In this document: piece after piece, positions 20,896 through 31,655 of the stretch | How positions within the stretch are numbered: position 1 is the stretch's first letter | Layout: each line of letters begins with the position of its first letter | Sequence record: MK310183 | Direction: 5' to 3' (one strand) | Source of the DNA: Phage NC-B | Length of the DNA: 64,000 bases | The notes under the pieces: generated by a model | Databases searched by the model: none | What the model saw: only the letters and a program-made list of their open reading frames with translations | What the model was told of the DNA's origin: nothing | Translations under genes and position numbers: made by a program

Positions 20896-21927
20896 ATGGC
20901 TTATGGAATATGGTGTCAACCTGTAGGACCGGGACCAGCTTCCCCGGCTCCTCTCTTTATTGATAGCGGAAGTACTTTTCCTCAAATAAAAAATTCAATA
21001 AGTGGGAGTTTTAACTTTAATGGGGCTGGAAGGTCTTTTCCTATTAGCGGGTGGGATGGGAGTGGTCAGATAGTGATTGTACCAACAGGCTCTCTTTGTT
21101 GGCAATGGGAGGTTCCTCCTAACTTAATTCCTGATGTATATTGTGTCAACAATATTTATGTAGAGAATAACACATCGTTCAGGGTTACATTAAATCAAAA
21201 TCCGGGAAGCAACCCTTTGTTTGACTGTGGTTTCAATGTATATCAAATCTACCCAAGAGCTGATAGGAACTATGGAATAACCTTCTCTAATACAGCTGAT
21301 TATTTCTCTATCTCAGATGCTGGGATTGTGGGTCAATGCATCTGGGCTTGGCAAGGAACTATAAACAACGCTCTACAGATACCTGATATTGGTGGTTTCT
21401 ATATGCCTAATGCTGTAGTTTTTGCTAACTGGTCTGATGGTGGTGTTGGTTTATCTTATACATCAGGAGATAGGGTGATTCGAGTTTATCAAAACAGGTC
21501 TTATAACAATGGCAACACTAATGAAGGTGGTTCTGTGTTTGCTAGGGTTGCTGTATTTTGTAATGGTGCTGGGGTTCCTGAACACAACGGCGGTTTAAAT
21601 ATATATTCTCCCGGAACTACTCAGTGCGTATTCTCTACTTATAGGTCTCCTTTTACAGTAGACACTTTCGTAGGCTCAGCAGGTGGAAATACTGGCTTAG
21701 CTTATCCTATGATTCCTCTGTCTTCTGGAGTTGGAGCTATCAGAGGAAGTGGGAGTGGTTGGTATTATCAACAAATGCGTTCTCATACCATGTCAGGGTC
21801 TTCAATAGGAACTGGATATGGTAGATATATGTTCCAATGGTCTAACAGTTATGACTTAGGTTCTAATGCTGCTGTTAATATCTCCATCCCTGTAATCAAC
21901 GCTGCTAAGATTTTTGCAGGTTTATGA
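20896..21927 (+). CDS. virion protein (hypothetical)
   Basis: 343 aa, Gly/Asn/Ser-rich, in structural operon. Confidence 0.45.
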   Translation: MAYGIWCQPVGPGPASPAPLFIDSGSTFPQIKNSISGSFNFNGAGRSFPISGWDGSGQIVIVPTGSLCWQWEVPPNLIPDVYCVNNIYVENNTSFRVTLNQNPGSNPLFDCGFNVYQIYPRADRNYGITFSNTADYFSISDAGIVGQCIWAWQGTINNALQIPDIGGFYMPNAVVFANWSDGGVGLSYTSGDRVIRVYQNRSYNNGNTNEGGSVFARVAVFCNGAGVPEHNGGLNIYSPGTTQCVFSTYRSPFTVDTFVGSAGGNTGLAYPMIPLSSGVGAIRGSGSGWYYQQMRSHTMSGSSIGTGYGRYMFQWSNSYDLGSNAAVNISIPVINAAKIFAGL

Positions 21928-21939
21928 TAAGGAGTTTTT

Positions 21940-22737
21940 ATGACAAAAATAATGGGAGTGTCAGAGCTTGACCCTTTGGTCCAACAAGCTTCTAAGAAAT
22001 ATGGCATTCCTGCTGCTCTTATACATGCAGTGATTCAGAGAGAGTCTAATGGAAGACCTTCTGTTGAATCTGGTACAGGACCAGTAGGTTTAATGCAAAT
22101 CAGTAAGGGGTTGGCTAAAGATTATGGATATAAACTTGAAGATAGGTTAGACCCTGCAAAGAATATTGACATGGGTGCTAGATATTTAAGAGATAACCTG
22201 AAAGCTTTTGATGGTGATGTGAGGAAGGCTTTGGTGGGGTATTCAGAAGGAACTGGTGGTGCTAAGCAAATGTTTGCTGGTAAGAGAGGGTTTACACCTC
22301 AAGCTTTAGATTCAATGAATAATAAGCTGTTCCTACCATTCTTTGATAAGAATACAGCAGCGGCACAAGTGGCTAATCCTGTAGGTGCTTTGAAAGCAGT
22401 TCAGCCTGTGGACCAGTTTGATTCTAATACACTGACTAGAGAAGGTGCTGCAAACGCTCCTACTCAAGCAGAGATAGCTGCAAGCAAGGCTGGAGCTTTA
22501 GGTGGTCGTCCTGTAGAGTTTTACTCTGATGAACAATCTACTGGGGAAAATCAAAAACCTCAACAGAACTTTGGAAATGCTGTATTGGCAGCTGCTTCTA
22601 TGCTTGCAGGAAAACAGCCTAACTCTCAAACCGTACAGAGAGCACATGCCCCTACTCAAGCAGGTTCTCGATACAGTCCACAAACACAAGCCGTGCTGAG
22701 ACGTTTGTCTAGCATAGGTACTGATATTTACAGATAA
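21940..22737 (+). CDS. virion-associated lytic transglycosylase (SLT domain) protein
   Basis: SLT signature AVIQRESNGRP...GPVGLMQI with catalytic Glu. Confidence 0.8.
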   Translation: MTKIMGVSELDPLVQQASKKYGIPAALIHAVIQRESNGRPSVESGTGPVGLMQISKGLAKDYGYKLEDRLDPAKNIDMGARYLRDNLKAFDGDVRKALVGYSEGTGGAKQMFAGKRGFTPQALDSMNNKLFLPFFDKNTAAAQVANPVGALKAVQPVDQFDSNTLTREGAANAPTQAEIAASKAGALGGRPVEFYSDEQSTGENQKPQQNFGNAVLAAASMLAGKQPNSQTVQRAHAPTQAGSRYSPQTQAVLRRLSSIGTDIYR

Positions 22738-22746
22738 GGAGGACGT

Positions 22747-23799
22747 ATGTCTCTTTTCGGTTCTGCTCCTAAATCTAAGACTACGGTAGCTCCGTCTTCT
22801 CAGGTTGATGCTCTTCTGAAACAGATTGTAGCAAATGCTCAGGCTATGAATCAAAACGATCAAGGTTTTATTGGTCGTAACGTAGCGGGTTTTAATGAAA
22901 ACCAAACAGCAGCTCTTTCTAATTTAGCAAATTCTAACACACTCAACCAACTCAGTCAGATGTACACCCCTAGAACTCAACAAGGGTTGGACCAGATGAA
23001 TGAGTTGGCTCAGAAATATCAAAACCTAGTTAATAAAGGTGGTATCACTGCTCAGGATGTTAATAATTTTAGCTCTGGATTGAATAGCTCTGCTTTAGCT
23101 AAGTCTACAGGTAAAGCTGCTGCTAATGTATCTCTTGGTAATGGTTCTGATTCAGGTTCTCTTAGACGTGCTGCTGCTCAAGGTGCTGCTCTCTCTTCAG
23201 CGAATACAAACCTTTCTCGTTCTATTCAAGGTAAAAACATGGGTGTTAGCAATCTTATGAATAACAACTCCTATCAGCAAGGTTTGCTCAATGCTCAATC
23301 GGGTCTAGCAAATCAGAATCTGAATCTAGGAGCTGCTGGGGTACAAGCTGGTCAACAGGCAATACAGAATCAGCTCACTGCTGGGAATCTTCAACAACAG
23401 CAAGATCAACTCCAAGCTAACAACAATTGGGAGAATGCTATTGGCAATCAGCAGTATGGTTGGAATCGGCTTAACAACCAGCTTAATGTATTAAACTCAG
23501 TAAGCCCAATGGCTGGGTACACCATTACTAACAAAGGTGCTGCCCCTAATGTTTCACAACAAATCCTTGGTGCTGGGGTTACTGGTCTTGGTATTGCTGG
23601 ACGTCTAGGTGCTTTTACCCCTAATCAGCAAACTACTAATGCTTGGAACTCATACAATGCTTCTGGAGGTCAAGCTGGGATGGCTGGTCCTATGATTGGT
23701 GGCTCAAACCTGTCTCAACAGAATGGTCAGAGCAACTGGTTATCTACCGCAGGAAGTAATATCTTAGGTGGTGTTCTAGGAGCCTTTGGAGCAAATTAA
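22747..23799 (+). CDS. Gln/Asn/Gly-rich internal virion protein (paralog A)
   Basis: starts MSLFGSAPKSKTT; low-complexity Q/N/S/G; paralogous to next gene. Confidence 0.55.
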   Translation: MSLFGSAPKSKTTVAPSSQVDALLKQIVANAQAMNQNDQGFIGRNVAGFNENQTAALSNLANSNTLNQLSQMYTPRTQQGLDQMNELAQKYQNLVNKGGITAQDVNNFSSGLNSSALAKSTGKAAANVSLGNGSDSGSLRRAAAQGAALSSANTNLSRSIQGKNMGVSNLMNNNSYQQGLLNAQSGLANQNLNLGAAGVQAGQQAIQNQLTAGNLQQQQDQLQANNNWENAIGNQQYGWNRLNNQLNVLNSVSPMAGYTITNKGAAPNVSQQILGAGVTGLGIAGRLGAFTPNQQTTNAWNSYNASGGQAGMAGPMIGGSNLSQQNGQSNWLSTAGSNILGGVLGAFGAN

Positions 23800-23808
23800 G
23801 GAGGAGCT

Positions 23809-24777
23809 ATGGCTTTATTTGGTGGTGGGAGTAGCAAGACTACTTCTAAAATGACAAGACCTGACTACATTCAATCCTATATTGACCAGTTGGTCAATCA
23901 GGTTAATAACACTAGTTCAGGTGATTATGTGTATCGAGAAAATGTTGGACTTAATCAAAACCAACAAGAAGCTCTGAACAATCTATCACAATCTGGTGCA
24001 TTAGGTGCACTTTCTTCTCAATACATGGATGCTGCTCAATCTGGCTTAGGTTATCTAGATAACGCATACTCTGGATATAACAACCTATCTAACTCTGGTC
24101 AAATCACTGGGGAACAGATTGGTGCTCTTGCAGGCCAGCTCTATGACGATGAGGCTGTGCAAGCAGCTATTGCAGCGAATAATGAACAAACCCAACAGAG
24201 TTTGGCTAGGAATGCACTTCCTCAAATCTCTCAGCAGTTTGCTGGTCAGCAAGGTTCTGGTGCACGTATGGCTAAATCTTTTGCTCAAGGTGATGCTCTG
24301 AACCAGATGCAGAACACAGCAACCAATATTACTAATAGTGCTTATGACTCCGCTCTAACTCAAGCACAGAACATTCTTTCTGGTAATAGACAAACACAAG
24401 CATCTGCTTTGGGTGGTTTATCTAACATTGGCTCCAATCTTGCTAATCTAGGAAACCAAGCTGGTCAGTTATCACAACAGCAAATGATGAATCAGTGGAA
24501 TGCAGGACTGCAACAGCAGCAACAACAGCAGTCTGATTTGAACAATGCTTATGAGAATGCTCAGAATGCCGCTAATTGGGGTTGGCAGGATATTAACAAT
24601 CAACTAGGTGCTGCCGGGGTTCTTAATGGAGCTTTAGGGACAACCACAACTACTAAAACATCTGGTGGTAGTGGAGGCTTCCTAGGTGGTGCTGCTAGCG
24701 GTGCTGCTGCTGGCTCAGCTTTTGGCCCTTGGGGTGCTTTAGCTGGCGGTGTTATCGGTGGCTTAGCTAGCTCTTAA
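23809..24777 (+). CDS. Gln/Asn/Gly-rich internal virion protein (paralog B)
   Basis: starts MALFGGGSSKTTS; poly-Q stretch; Gly-rich C-terminus. Confidence 0.55.
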   Translation: MALFGGGSSKTTSKMTRPDYIQSYIDQLVNQVNNTSSGDYVYRENVGLNQNQQEALNNLSQSGALGALSSQYMDAAQSGLGYLDNAYSGYNNLSNSGQITGEQIGALAGQLYDDEAVQAAIAANNEQTQQSLARNALPQISQQFAGQQGSGARMAKSFAQGDALNQMQNTATNITNSAYDSALTQAQNILSGNRQTQASALGGLSNIGSNLANLGNQAGQLSQQQMMNQWNAGLQQQQQQQSDLNNAYENAQNAANWGWQDINNQLGAAGVLNGALGTTTTTKTSGGSGGFLGGAASGAAAGSAFGPWGALAGGVIGGLASS

Positions 24778-24791
24778 TTAGGAGAATAATT

Positions 24792-26459
24792 ATGCAACAA
24801 ACTTCTTATGCGTATCTTCGCAGTCAAGACCCAAGAAATCAGATTTATGGTGTTAAACAAGGGGCCGCTTCGGCCTCTCCATACATGGCAAGACCTGCTT
24901 ACCCAGCTGCTGATGTTTCAATGTATAGTCAGAGACCTCCTGCCTCTCCTGTAGGTTTATCCTCTCTTGTTGCTACTGCTCAAGAAGACCAAGAAGCTAT
25001 GTTAAATCCGGGATTTAGGCAGCGCCTTATGGAAGCAGAGAATCAAGGGACTCCTACAAGCCTTCAGGGTATTGATATTGGCGAACCAGCTCCTGCTATG
25101 AATAACCCAGATCTATCCTCTGATGAGGGTCTACAAGCTGCTGGGTTGATGCCTAGTGACCCACTTCCTGTTACTCCTCCTCGTAAACCTCTGGAAGAAA
25201 CAGATAAAGAGTTCTCTCCAGTTCAGGTGGAACAGGCTCAGAATGTTATTAACACTTTAGCTAATAGTAATCCAGCTCCTGAAGGTATGGCTGGTGCAAC
25301 TCGTGCTAAAGACCAAGAACGTATTAATAATGATATTATGGAAGTAGCTAAAGCTAAAGATCCAGCGCAAGCTTGGAATGAGCTTCAGAAGCAACCGTTC
25401 TACCAGAAGTCTAGTTTCTATACTGGCTTAATGGGTGTTGGTCTTTCTATCATGTCAGGTAAATCTCCTATTGAAGCTTTCCAGATTGGTTCTGGCTTAG
25501 CTGCTCAGGATGAAACTAAACAACAACTAGAAGCCAATCGCGATGCTCTGTTAGAACAAGGCTACTCTCAAGATTCAGTTGCTGCTGCAATTGCTTCGGG
25601 AGATCCTTCTCTTCTCAAGATGCGTCAGATGAGTCCTCAGGAGAAAATGGCTCTTGCTGCTCAGGATGAAGAACGTGCTAATCGTGAGTGGGATAGACGT
25701 CAACAGATTCAGGATCAATCAGTTCGTGAACGTGCTGCTGAGACTCGTCGTGCTGCTGAAGAACGTGCTGATGCACAATTTGCTAAACAGAAAGAGCTTA
25801 TTGAATATCGTGATAAGGTTAAAGCAGACCGCGCTGAACAAGCTGCTCAGAGCTTCAACTTCAGTACGAAAGAGCTTCGTAACGTTCAGAATACTGCTGA
25901 AGGTTCTGTTGCTAAGCAGTGGGCAGAAAAAGCTGCTCTGTTTAAACAGTCTCATAAGGACTTGGATTTGGCAGATCAGGCTATTAAAGATAAAGACTAC
26001 CAATCCGCTCGTACCGCTTACATGCAGGCTATTATGAACTCCGCAAGGGCAGAAATTGGTGCTAACCGTTCTCTCCAAGCTGATGACTTGGCCCACTTTG
26101 CAGAAGACCCATCAATCTTTGTTAAGGTTGGTAACACTTGGTCCCTTAAAGCAGGCTATCGTCCTTCTGATGCTGCTCTGTCATACGCTCGTAAGCAGGC
26201 AACTGTTGGTGCTTCTTCGGCTGACAAAGGTGTTCTGGAGTCTAAGAAATCAACTATTGATGCTTATGTGGGTTCTGGCATGAATAAGAAACGTGCAACA
26301 GCTTTGGTTAACCGTGGTATACCTTCTGGCGGTTTCTATGACCCATACAAGACTTTTGATGCAGAAGCTGAAGAATCTGTTGGTGGAGATGCAACCAATC
26401 CTCGCTTAACAGGTGCTCTTTCTTCTTCAGCGGCAGATACGAGTTGGATGTTCCAGTAA
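24792..26459 (+). CDS. internal virion protein (putative)
   Basis: 555 aa in structural operon, charged helical central region. Confidence 0.5.
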   Translation: MQQTSYAYLRSQDPRNQIYGVKQGAASASPYMARPAYPAADVSMYSQRPPASPVGLSSLVATAQEDQEAMLNPGFRQRLMEAENQGTPTSLQGIDIGEPAPAMNNPDLSSDEGLQAAGLMPSDPLPVTPPRKPLEETDKEFSPVQVEQAQNVINTLANSNPAPEGMAGATRAKDQERINNDIMEVAKAKDPAQAWNELQKQPFYQKSSFYTGLMGVGLSIMSGKSPIEAFQIGSGLAAQDETKQQLEANRDALLEQGYSQDSVAAAIASGDPSLLKMRQMSPQEKMALAAQDEERANREWDRRQQIQDQSVRERAAETRRAAEERADAQFAKQKELIEYRDKVKADRAEQAAQSFNFSTKELRNVQNTAEGSVAKQWAEKAALFKQSHKDLDLADQAIKDKDYQSARTAYMQAIMNSARAEIGANRSLQADDLAHFAEDPSIFVKVGNTWSLKAGYRPSDAALSYARKQATVGASSADKGVLESKKSTIDAYVGSGMNKKRATALVNRGIPSGGFYDPYKTFDAEAEESVGGDATNPRLTGALSSSAADTSWMFQ

Positions 26460-26529
26460 TCTAAGACCTAAGTCCTATCTCTTATAATGTATATAGGAGG
26501 TAGGACATTTTTATTTATAAGGAGACGTT

Positions 26530-29500
26530 ATGGCTAATTTAAAATCGTGGGAAGAAGCTTCCAAAGCTCCTGCGTATCTGAACGCCTCTCCAGAGCAACA
26601 GGCTCAAATGAGAGAACAATACAAGGCAGCAGGGGGCACTATTCCTGAGACTCAACCACAAGAGCAACCACAACAAGAAGAACGAGGTGCTATTGGGGAG
26701 TTTGCTCAAGGTGTGTCTAACGCTCTTCAATCAGGTGGTGCTAACATTGCAGCTAGTGCTGCTAAAGGTTTAGGTGGGCTGGTAGAGATTGGTGAAAACT
26801 TAACTGGTTCAGAAACAAGCTATGGTAAGCGCATTCAAGAGAACTCTAAGCAATTGCTGGAAGAACGCTTATCCAAGATAGAAGACGGTTTTGGTAAAAC
26901 AGCTGGTCAGTATGCTGGTGTTGCTGCTGATATTGGTTTGACAGTTGCAAACCCTGCTGTTGCTGCTGCTGTTATCGCAGCTCGTGAAACAGGTCGTGCT
27001 TATGCTGATCAAACTCCTAAAGAAGATGAAGATAAGTCAGTCTTAGATGCTGCTCTTGTTGGTGGTGCTAACTACGCTGCTCAGAAGATACTTCCGGGCA
27101 TGACTGGTACAGCTTCTACTACTCTTGGTCGTGTAGGACAAAGCGTAGCCTCTAACGCAGTTGCTGGTGCTAAGGGTGGTGCTATTGTTGGTGCTGCTGA
27201 AGCTCAGAACAAATATGGGGATGACACTACTCTAGCTAACGTATTAGAAGGGGCTATTGAAGAGGGTGCACTCGGTGCTGCTTATGGTGGGGCGATTGGT
27301 GGGGTTCATGGGTTAATAAGCCGTCCTAGCCCTCAAGTGTTTGATCGTACTCCTGAGCATGTTAAGACTGACATTGCTGCTGAAGATGAGGCTATTCGTA
27401 AAGCTGCTAACGCTGATGAACTTCGTGAAGCCTATGCTAAAGCTGAGAACGCTAATGCTGCCTCTGCTTTAAACCTTCTGGATGAAAATGGTTTCCGAAT
27501 CACAGATGCAGTTGCTATGGACTCTCCTGCTGTTCAGCGTATTTTAAATACAGACCAAAGCCGCGCTGAGAAGGCTGCTACGGTTCAGAAAGATAGCTCT
27601 AATGTTCCCGGTCTTAATCCTCTCGCTTCTCCTAAGAAGACTCAAGGTAAAGCTTTTGCTGACAATGAGTACAACCAGAAACAAGCTGTGGCAATGAAAG
27701 ATGCAATGGCTGACTACACTAAAGATAACACCAAAGCCCTTACTGATGTTCTAGACAATCTAGACCGAGAGTTAGTAGCTCTGAGAGCAAGTGGTGATTT
27801 TACTGGTAGTACTATTGACATTAAAAACCGTACTCAAGCTGATCGTGATTTTATTGATGCTTATAAAACTTTCTACAGCGAAGCTAATCGTTTCAAAGCT
27901 CGTGATGGTGAAGATCTAAACAACTTCATTGATAAAGCTACTCAGTTGCAGAAGCTATCTGAGAATGTTTCTCCAGAGATGAAGAAGGCCATTGGTGGAT
28001 TAAAGAAACTGAAAGGTATGCCTGAAGGTTTTAACCCTATTCAAGATGCTTTCACTCTGAATAATACAGCTAAGTTCATGAGTAACCAAGACCGTGGTTG
28101 GACCTCTCTGACTGATGATGGTTTTCGTGAAGCTCCGGCTCCTGTGCTAGTTAAGAACCCTCTCGGTGCAGCCAAGTATGTGCTTAATCGCTTTACTTCT
28201 GACCGTGCTCGTGCTCAACGTGAGAAGCAACAGTCAGCTAATAGTGAAGCTATCCGCTCTTTGGCTAGGGCTGATTTAGAAGTACAACGAGCTAGGACTC
28301 AGGCTGAAGAAGCAAGAGCAAAAATGGAAGAAGAACCAACCACAGAAGACATCAAATTCCGTACTCAAAATGATGCACCTTCCGAACCGGTTCGTGAGGA
28401 GCCTTCTGCTACTACTGTGACGGAAGAAATTCCTTCCTCTCCAGCTCCAACTGAAACACCTCTTACTGCGAGGGATTTAGTTGCTCAAAGACGTGCTATC
28501 CAACAAGCAGAGCTTAGACGTCAAGAAGCTGAAGCTGCTCAGGCTCAAGAAAGTGCTACACCAGAACCTGAACCACAGCAAGAAGCTCTTACAGCTAGAG
28601 AATTAGTAGCTCAGCGTAGGGCTGTAGCAGAGGCTAAGAAACGTCAAGAGGCAGAGGAAGCAGAACGTGCTAAAGAAGCTCCTGAGGAAGCCGTAGAAGA
28701 GCCTAAAGAGAAACCTGAGCCATTACCTGCTCGTGCTCCTAAAGCTCCTGAGAAGGCTCCTGAGCCTGTTAAACCGTCCCTTGGTGTAGAACGTCTAGCT
28801 TCTATGTCAACTGCTGCTCGTCAAGCAACAAAAGACCGTGCTGATCGATTTGCTCGTTCTTTGTATTCGGCTGCTGCTAAAGCTAAAGCCACTGCGGAAA
28901 ACTTCCTTTCTTACAAGGGAGATCCTAAAGAGCTTATGCGTCGTATCCGTCAGGAAGACCAAGCAAACAACACACAGCGTCATGAAGAGATGGCTAGAAA
29001 CCAACTAGCTTCCCAGCAAGGCATTGCTTCTGCTAAATCTCAACATGTTCGTGCTTCTTTTGCTGATTGGGTGAAAGAACGTGGGTTGCCTTCTGATATT
29101 GCTACTAAGGCTTTACGGGCTGAAGAGAAAGGTTTAGGTGGGAACGTCACAAGTCTAGATTCACTGAAGCGAAGAGCTGAGCGTTTATATCAGAAACAAA
29201 GAGATGATGAGTTTGACCGTCTCTATCGAGAGGCTCTGGAAGAGAATAAAGCTTTTGATAAGAGAGATGCTCCTAAACTGGTAGACCAGAAGAAAGAGCT
29301 TCAGGATGAAATTGGTGCGTTGCTTGATGCTGAACCGTTACGTCCTGCTCAGAAAGATGCTATGCGTAGGATTATGGAAGACTTCGTGGAGAGTAAGTTT
29401 AAATCTTCAGAGAAAGCTGGAAGGGTTGAGGCTTTGGAAGTTGGTCAGATGAAGGATGTGTGGGATGGGTTTATTAATACCTATAACCGAGAAGTTAACA

Positions 29501-30975
29501 TGTTCAACAAGGCTAACAAGAATTCTCAATACGAAGCAGCAGCTAAACACTTGCAAGCACGTCAAGAACGTCTTGAGACGCTCCGTAACAGAGCTAAGGC
29601 TCGCAGTGATGCTAAGGCAGCCATGGAGGCTGAGAAGCAGTCCTTGGAGGCTATAGCGGCTCAGAAATCAGAGATAGAGAAGATGTTCAAAGAATTGCCT
29701 GAAAGTGTCAGAGAGGCTCAGGAAGGGCGTACTTTGAAACAGCTTGCTGCTCACCATGATAAGAACTCTCCAGTACCACCAGAGCGTTTCCGTAGTATCA
29801 TTGAACGTATTCACAACGCTGAGAGTGATTACCTCGATCGAAAACGCCGTTTGACCGAAGCAGAGGAAGATGCTCGTGAAGCTAAGTGGAATAGGATGTA
29901 TGAACAGGCTGAGGAAATGAACCGTAAGTTTGATATCGATGCTAGAGTGAAGAGAGATAAAGCTCTAAAGGAAGCTCAAGAACGAGAGAATGACTTAATG
30001 GCAGTTCAACGTCAGCGTGATGACATTCATAAGCGTTTAGTCAATACTCTGGAAGAGAAGGGAGTTTCTAGGGAAGATGCTGAAGCGTATGCTGGGTCTT
30101 ACATGGATAATCGGTATGCTTTGTTAGAGAAACCAATGACTCCAGTGGAACATCAGAATGCTCGTGCTCGTATCGAATCTGACGTAGAGAAGTTTGTTAA
30201 GAAATACGAAACAGCTACTCCAATCGAAAGAGAGATTGCTAAGGCAACTGGTGATGCAGATGGGAAGGCTTCTGATCTGGATGCAGAAACAGCAAAAGCT
30301 ATTGAAGATGCTCGTAAAGTGGATTCTGACTTTAAGAAACTTTTAGATGAAGAGAAGGAAATGGAGAAGATTCGTTCGGCTCTACCTGAAGATGAAAGAT
30401 CTCAGGCGAACTCTGATATTCTGGAAAGTATCAAGAAACAGGAAGATGATTTTGCTAGCAAAGCAGAGAAAGCTTTTATTGAAGGGAAGGACTTGCAGGA
30501 GTTAGCGAGTGTTGCAGAAGTTCTAGATAGGGTTCATGGTGCAGACAAGGCTGGTAACAACCGTCGATTTGTACGTGCTCTACAGACTGCTGCCGAGAAC
30601 AAGAAACGTTATGGGGATAATCCAGTGGCTTGGTTTAGTGCTGATGATTATTCTGCTATTGCGAAACTTGGTGCTGCTTCGGCAGGTGGTAACAAATCTC
30701 GAGCACTTGAGAAGATCTTTGGTTCTACAGCAGAACAAGCTAAAGGGAAACTTTTAGGGCGGGATGATGTAGCTAAGATTAGGCGTGTGATTGAAGCGAA
30801 TCCTAATGTTAAGATTCCTTCTTACAAGACAACTACTAGACAAGAGTACATGCAGTTCTTGGAGAAGTATAATGACGAGGGAGAGTTGAAAGTCAAACGT
30901 GGTTCTCTGTCTGACAAGTTGGAGAGAGGTAAGCGTCAAGCCAAACTCCGTGTTAGAGTTCGAGCTAAGGAGTAA
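26530..30975 (+). CDS. large internal virion/ejection protein (1481 aa)
   Basis: A/E/K-rich coiled-coil protein, last gene of structural arm; no polymerase motifs. Confidence 0.5.
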   Translation: MANLKSWEEASKAPAYLNASPEQQAQMREQYKAAGGTIPETQPQEQPQQEERGAIGEFAQGVSNALQSGGANIAASAAKGLGGLVEIGENLTGSETSYGKRIQENSKQLLEERLSKIEDGFGKTAGQYAGVAADIGLTVANPAVAAAVIAARETGRAYADQTPKEDEDKSVLDAALVGGANYAAQKILPGMTGTASTTLGRVGQSVASNAVAGAKGGAIVGAAEAQNKYGDDTTLANVLEGAIEEGALGAAYGGAIGGVHGLISRPSPQVFDRTPEHVKTDIAAEDEAIRKAANADELREAYAKAENANAASALNLLDENGFRITDAVAMDSPAVQRILNTDQSRAEKAATVQKDSSNVPGLNPLASPKKTQGKAFADNEYNQKQAVAMKDAMADYTKDNTKALTDVLDNLDRELVALRASGDFTGSTIDIKNRTQADRDFIDAYKTFYSEANRFKARDGEDLNNFIDKATQLQKLSENVSPEMKKAIGGLKKLKGMPEGFNPIQDAFTLNNTAKFMSNQDRGWTSLTDDGFREAPAPVLVKNPLGAAKYVLNRFTSDRARAQREKQQSANSEAIRSLARADLEVQRARTQAEEARAKMEEEPTTEDIKFRTQNDAPSEPVREEPSATTVTEEIPSSPAPTETPLTARDLVAQRRAIQQAELRRQEAEAAQAQESATPEPEPQQEALTARELVAQRRAVAEAKKRQEAEEAERAKEAPEEAVEEPKEKPEPLPARAPKAPEKAPEPVKPSLGVERLASMSTAARQATKDRADRFARSLYSAAAKAKATAENFLSYKGDPKELMRRIRQEDQANNTQRHEEMARNQLASQQGIASAKSQHVRASFADWVKERGLPSDIATKALRAEEKGLGGNVTSLDSLKRRAERLYQKQRDDEFDRLYREALEENKAFDKRDAPKLVDQKKELQDEIGALLDAEPLRPAQKDAMRRIMEDFVESKFKSSEKAGRVEALEVGQMKDVWDGFINTYNREVNMFNKANKNSQYEAAAKHLQARQERLETLRNRAKARSDAKAAMEAEKQSLEAIAAQKSEIEKMFKELPESVREAQEGRTLKQLAAHHDKNSPVPPERFRSIIERIHNAESDYLDRKRRLTEAEEDAREAKWNRMYEQAEEMNRKFDIDARVKRDKALKEAQERENDLMAVQRQRDDIHKRLVNTLEEKGVSREDAEAYAGSYMDNRYALLEKPMTPVEHQNARARIESDVEKFVKKYETATPIEREIAKATGDADGKASDLDAETAKAIEDARKVDSDFKKLLDEEKEMEKIRSALPEDERSQANSDILESIKKQEDDFASKAEKAFIEGKDLQELASVAEVLDRVHGADKAGNNRRFVRALQTAAENKKRYGDNPVAWFSADDYSAIAKLGAASAGGNKSRALEKIFGSTAEQAKGKLLGRDDVAKIRRVIEANPNVKIPSYKTTTRQEYMQFLEKYNDEGELKVKRGSLSDKLERGKRQAKLRVRVRAKE

Positions 30976-30981
30976 ACAAGA

Positions 30982-31022
30982 AAAGCCCCCAACCTGTAAA
31001 AAGGAAGGGGGCTTCTTTATTT
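30982..31022. terminator. bidirectional terminator at convergence of the two arms
   Basis: GCCCCC(30985-30990)-16 nt loop-GGGGGC(31007-31012), T-rich on both flanks. Confidence 0.7.
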
Positions 31023-31080
31023 CTAGATGTTAGAATCCATCAAATTCATCATACATCCCAATTTTCTTCTTCAAAGTCAA

Positions 31081-31347
31081 TCATAAAACCTCCCAATCAT
31101 CTGCAAATAGATCACCTTGAGATGGAACCCATCCGGGCTGTACAATACCTTGAGCATTCTTTAAAACCAGATGAGGGGCAATATAGAACTGACCTACAAT
31201 ATCAGCTTTTTCGTAAAGAGAACCCGGTAGAGCTTCTTCTACTTCATAACCACCTGCTTTAAAGACAAACTGGTTTGCACCATTCCAACCAGAGCGAGTG
31301 ACCTTTTTCCCTTCTTTTACTTTAATAAGCGCTGAACTAAAATCCAT
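31081..31347 (-). CDS. hypothetical protein (possible DUF2829-like)
   Basis: 88 aa; N-terminal ALIKVKEGKKVTRSGWNG resembles a motif I associate with DUF2829 phage proteins (memory only). Confidence 0.5.
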   Translation of the reverse strand: MDFSSALIKVKEGKKVTRSGWNGANQFVFKAGGYEVEEALPGSLYEKADIVGQFYIAPHLVLKNAQGIVQPGWVPSQGDLFADDWEVL

Positions 31348-31355
31348 TTGTTCTC

Positions 31356-31655
31356 CTAGATTAAATCATAATACTTAATAATATCGGAGAGCTTAAACTC
31401 TCGAATGTCATTCTTGTCGTTGTCCCAAGCGGTCATTATCCAACAAGGTTTGCCCCCATTATGATAACGGGAAGAAGCAACTGAGGTTCGTAAAGGAATA
31501 ACGGAGCGGTCTGCAATTTCACCTCTCCAATTACGATAGCTAAAACGAAGAGTTTGTGTCGTAGATACTTGATCATTTGTGCTTTCCTTGTTCATGGATT
31601 CAAAGACTTCCTTTTCTTCAGGAGTCTCTAGATTTTTTAAATTCACGTCTTGCAT
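31356..31655 (-). CDS. hypothetical protein
   Basis: 99 aa ORF. Confidence 0.5.
   Translation of the reverse strand: MQDVNLKNLETPEEKEVFESMNKESTNDQVSTTQTLRFSYRNWRGEIADRSVIPLRTSVASSRYHNGGKPCWIMTAWDNDKNDIREFKLSDIIKYYDLI

Noticed and set aside
26530-30975. Calling the 1481 aa protein a tape-measure protein
   Set aside because: There are no adjacent tail-tube or chaperone genes and no frameshifted chaperone pair; the context fits a podovirus internal or ejection protein better
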